Assembly (NCBI GenBank): GCA_029256575.1
Contig: JAQSXR010000015.1
Coordinates: 19,614 to 83,613, forward strand
Origin: Clostridiales bacterium
GTDB lineage: Bacteria > Bacillota > Clostridia > Lachnospirales > JAQSXR01
Direction: 5' to 3'
DNA: 64,000 nt
Both the position numbers and the translations under genes were made by a program. The notes under the pieces are model-generated. The model had not been told where the DNA came from. It did no database searches and saw only the letters and a list, made by a program, of their open reading frames with translations. How positions within the stretch are numbered: position 1 is the first letter of the stretch; every line of letters starts with the position of its first letter. This document shows, one piece after another, positions 63,085-64,000 of this stretch.

Positions 63085-63314
63085 ATGTACCTCCACTATT
63101 TTTCTAAATTTTGCTATTTCTCATTATAGCATTTAAATTATAATACGAAAGACATTACTTTTATTTTGATAAATTCTCTCATTATTTGCAAATAAATAAC
63201 CAACTAAATTTGTGTGTTCTTAAATAATAGAAAAAAAAACTGAACATTATTTTTTCAGTTTTCTTTTTCCCTATTATGTTTCAATATATTTATATATTGT
63301 TTATGACGTATCTA

Positions 63315-63527
63315 CTATAAATCAGATAATACCTCTAAAATACTTTCGCATATTAAACCAATATGATTCGGCATATCATCTTCTCCAATTCCATAATTTA
63401 TAAGATGATCTGCAACTCTATCATCGATTTCAAATATATCATCCTCGGATAATGAACTTGTAAAATTTAAATTTAAACCAATTTCCTTTAGTAAAGCGAT
63501 CTGTTCCTCATTAAAATTTAATTTCAT
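63315..63527 (-). CDS. Small acidic hypothetical protein
   Basis: RBS AAAGGAG; 70-aa ORF with typical codon composition. Confidence 0.75.
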   Translation of the reverse strand: MKLNFNEEQIALLKEIGLNLNFTSSLSEDDIFEIDDRVADHLINYGIGEDDMPNHIGLICESILEVLSDL

Positions 63528-63574
63528 ATTTTATTACTCCTTTCAAATTCTTAGTCTCTAAGCACATTTTATTT

Positions 63575-63790
63575 CATTTATCTATTTGTTTTTAATTATT
63601 TAATTTACTTTTTTGTTTACTTTTTTATTTACTTATTTATTTGTTTACTTTTGTATTTACTTATTTATTTGTTTACTATTGTGTTTACTTTTGTGTTTAC
63701 TTTTGTATTTACTTTTTTATATACTTTTTTATATACTTTTTTATATACTTATTTATTTACTTTTTTATTTTCTTATTTATCTACTTTATT
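63575..63790. repeat. Degenerate 12-bp tandem repeat tract
   Basis: Units such as tttacttttgtg, tttacttattta and tatactttttta, repeated roughly 15 times. Confidence 0.8.
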
Positions 63791-63818
63791 ATTAACTTAT
63801 TTTTATGTTATCTACTGT

Positions 63819-64000
63819 TTACTTTCTTAGCAAACAAACCGTCTCAACGTTTGGCCCTTGTGGAAACATGTCAACTGCGCACGCTTTCACTAATTTATAT
63901 CCTCTGGCTAACATTACTTCTAAGTCTTTTACTAGTGATGTCGGCTTGCAGGATATATAAACGATTGAATCCACATCATAATCTAATATCTTTACAAGCG
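63819..64000 (-). CDS. 3' end of an RNA (uracil-C5)-methyltransferase, RlmD/RumA/TrmA family (partial)
   Basis: Manual translation: LVKILDYDVDSIVYISCKPTSLVKDL...GYKLVKACAVDMFPQGPNVETVCLLRK*. Confidence 0.88.
   Translation of the reverse strand, partial: LVKILDYDVDSIVYISCKPTSLVKDLEVMLARGYKLVKACAVDMFPQGPNVETVCLLRK

Noticed and set aside
63613-63795. 60-aa F/L/Y-rich ORF
   Set aside because: It is a translation of the T-rich 12-bp repeat, with no RBS.
63829-63846. Fourth REP-like copy (agcaaacaaaccgtctc)
   Set aside because: It lies within the rlmD-like coding sequence (ETVCLL), so it is probably a chance match.
1-64000. tRNA, rRNA, riboswitch or retron ncRNA
   Set aside because: No recognisable cloverleaf, rRNA or riboswitch consensus was seen by eye and no reverse transcriptase is present. 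An Infernal/Rfam scan would be needed to exclude weak hits.

Overview
AT-rich chromosomal window, probably from a low-GC Clostridia/Lachnospiraceae-like bacterium (inferred from gene content). All product calls come from motif recognition by eye; no database search was run. The left 9 kb is a defence hotspot. It starts with the 5' part of a SauUSI-like PLD-nuclease/SF2-helicase gene (1-1403, minus strand, absent from the ORF track). Next is a ~6.7 kb integrated element (about 1973-8716) with 25-bp imperfect inverted ends, inserted into a decayed partial duplicate of the neighbouring YbhB/YbcL lipoprotein gene. The element carries a broken large serine recombinase, an array of ~20-bp degenerate repeats and an intact four-gene operon: HTH_17 regulator, fused endonuclease-N6-methyltransferase (Type IIB-like), two-TRD specificity subunit, and a DGQHR(DndB/ParB-like)-plus-NDT-like fusion protein. 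The RM/S junction looks like a programmed -1 frameshift cassette (C_CCT_TTT / T_TTT_TTT, 6-nt spacer, CCCCCAA/TTGGGGG stem with two inner hairpins). This operon is the best candidate for an undescribed system. The rest is mostly ordinary housekeeping and signalling content (mutY, recQ, cheA-cheW-mcp, TCS, MATE, azoR, MocR/aminotransferase, rlmD-like 3' end). Many genes there carry short internal deletions or 1-nt frameshifts, reflecting either decay or assembly error. Minor finds include a 52-bp empty IS3-type element with a TAA duplication, REP-like repeats, and a SLATT-like gene paired with a small Pro-rich peptide. No rRNA, tRNA or CRISPR array was recognised.
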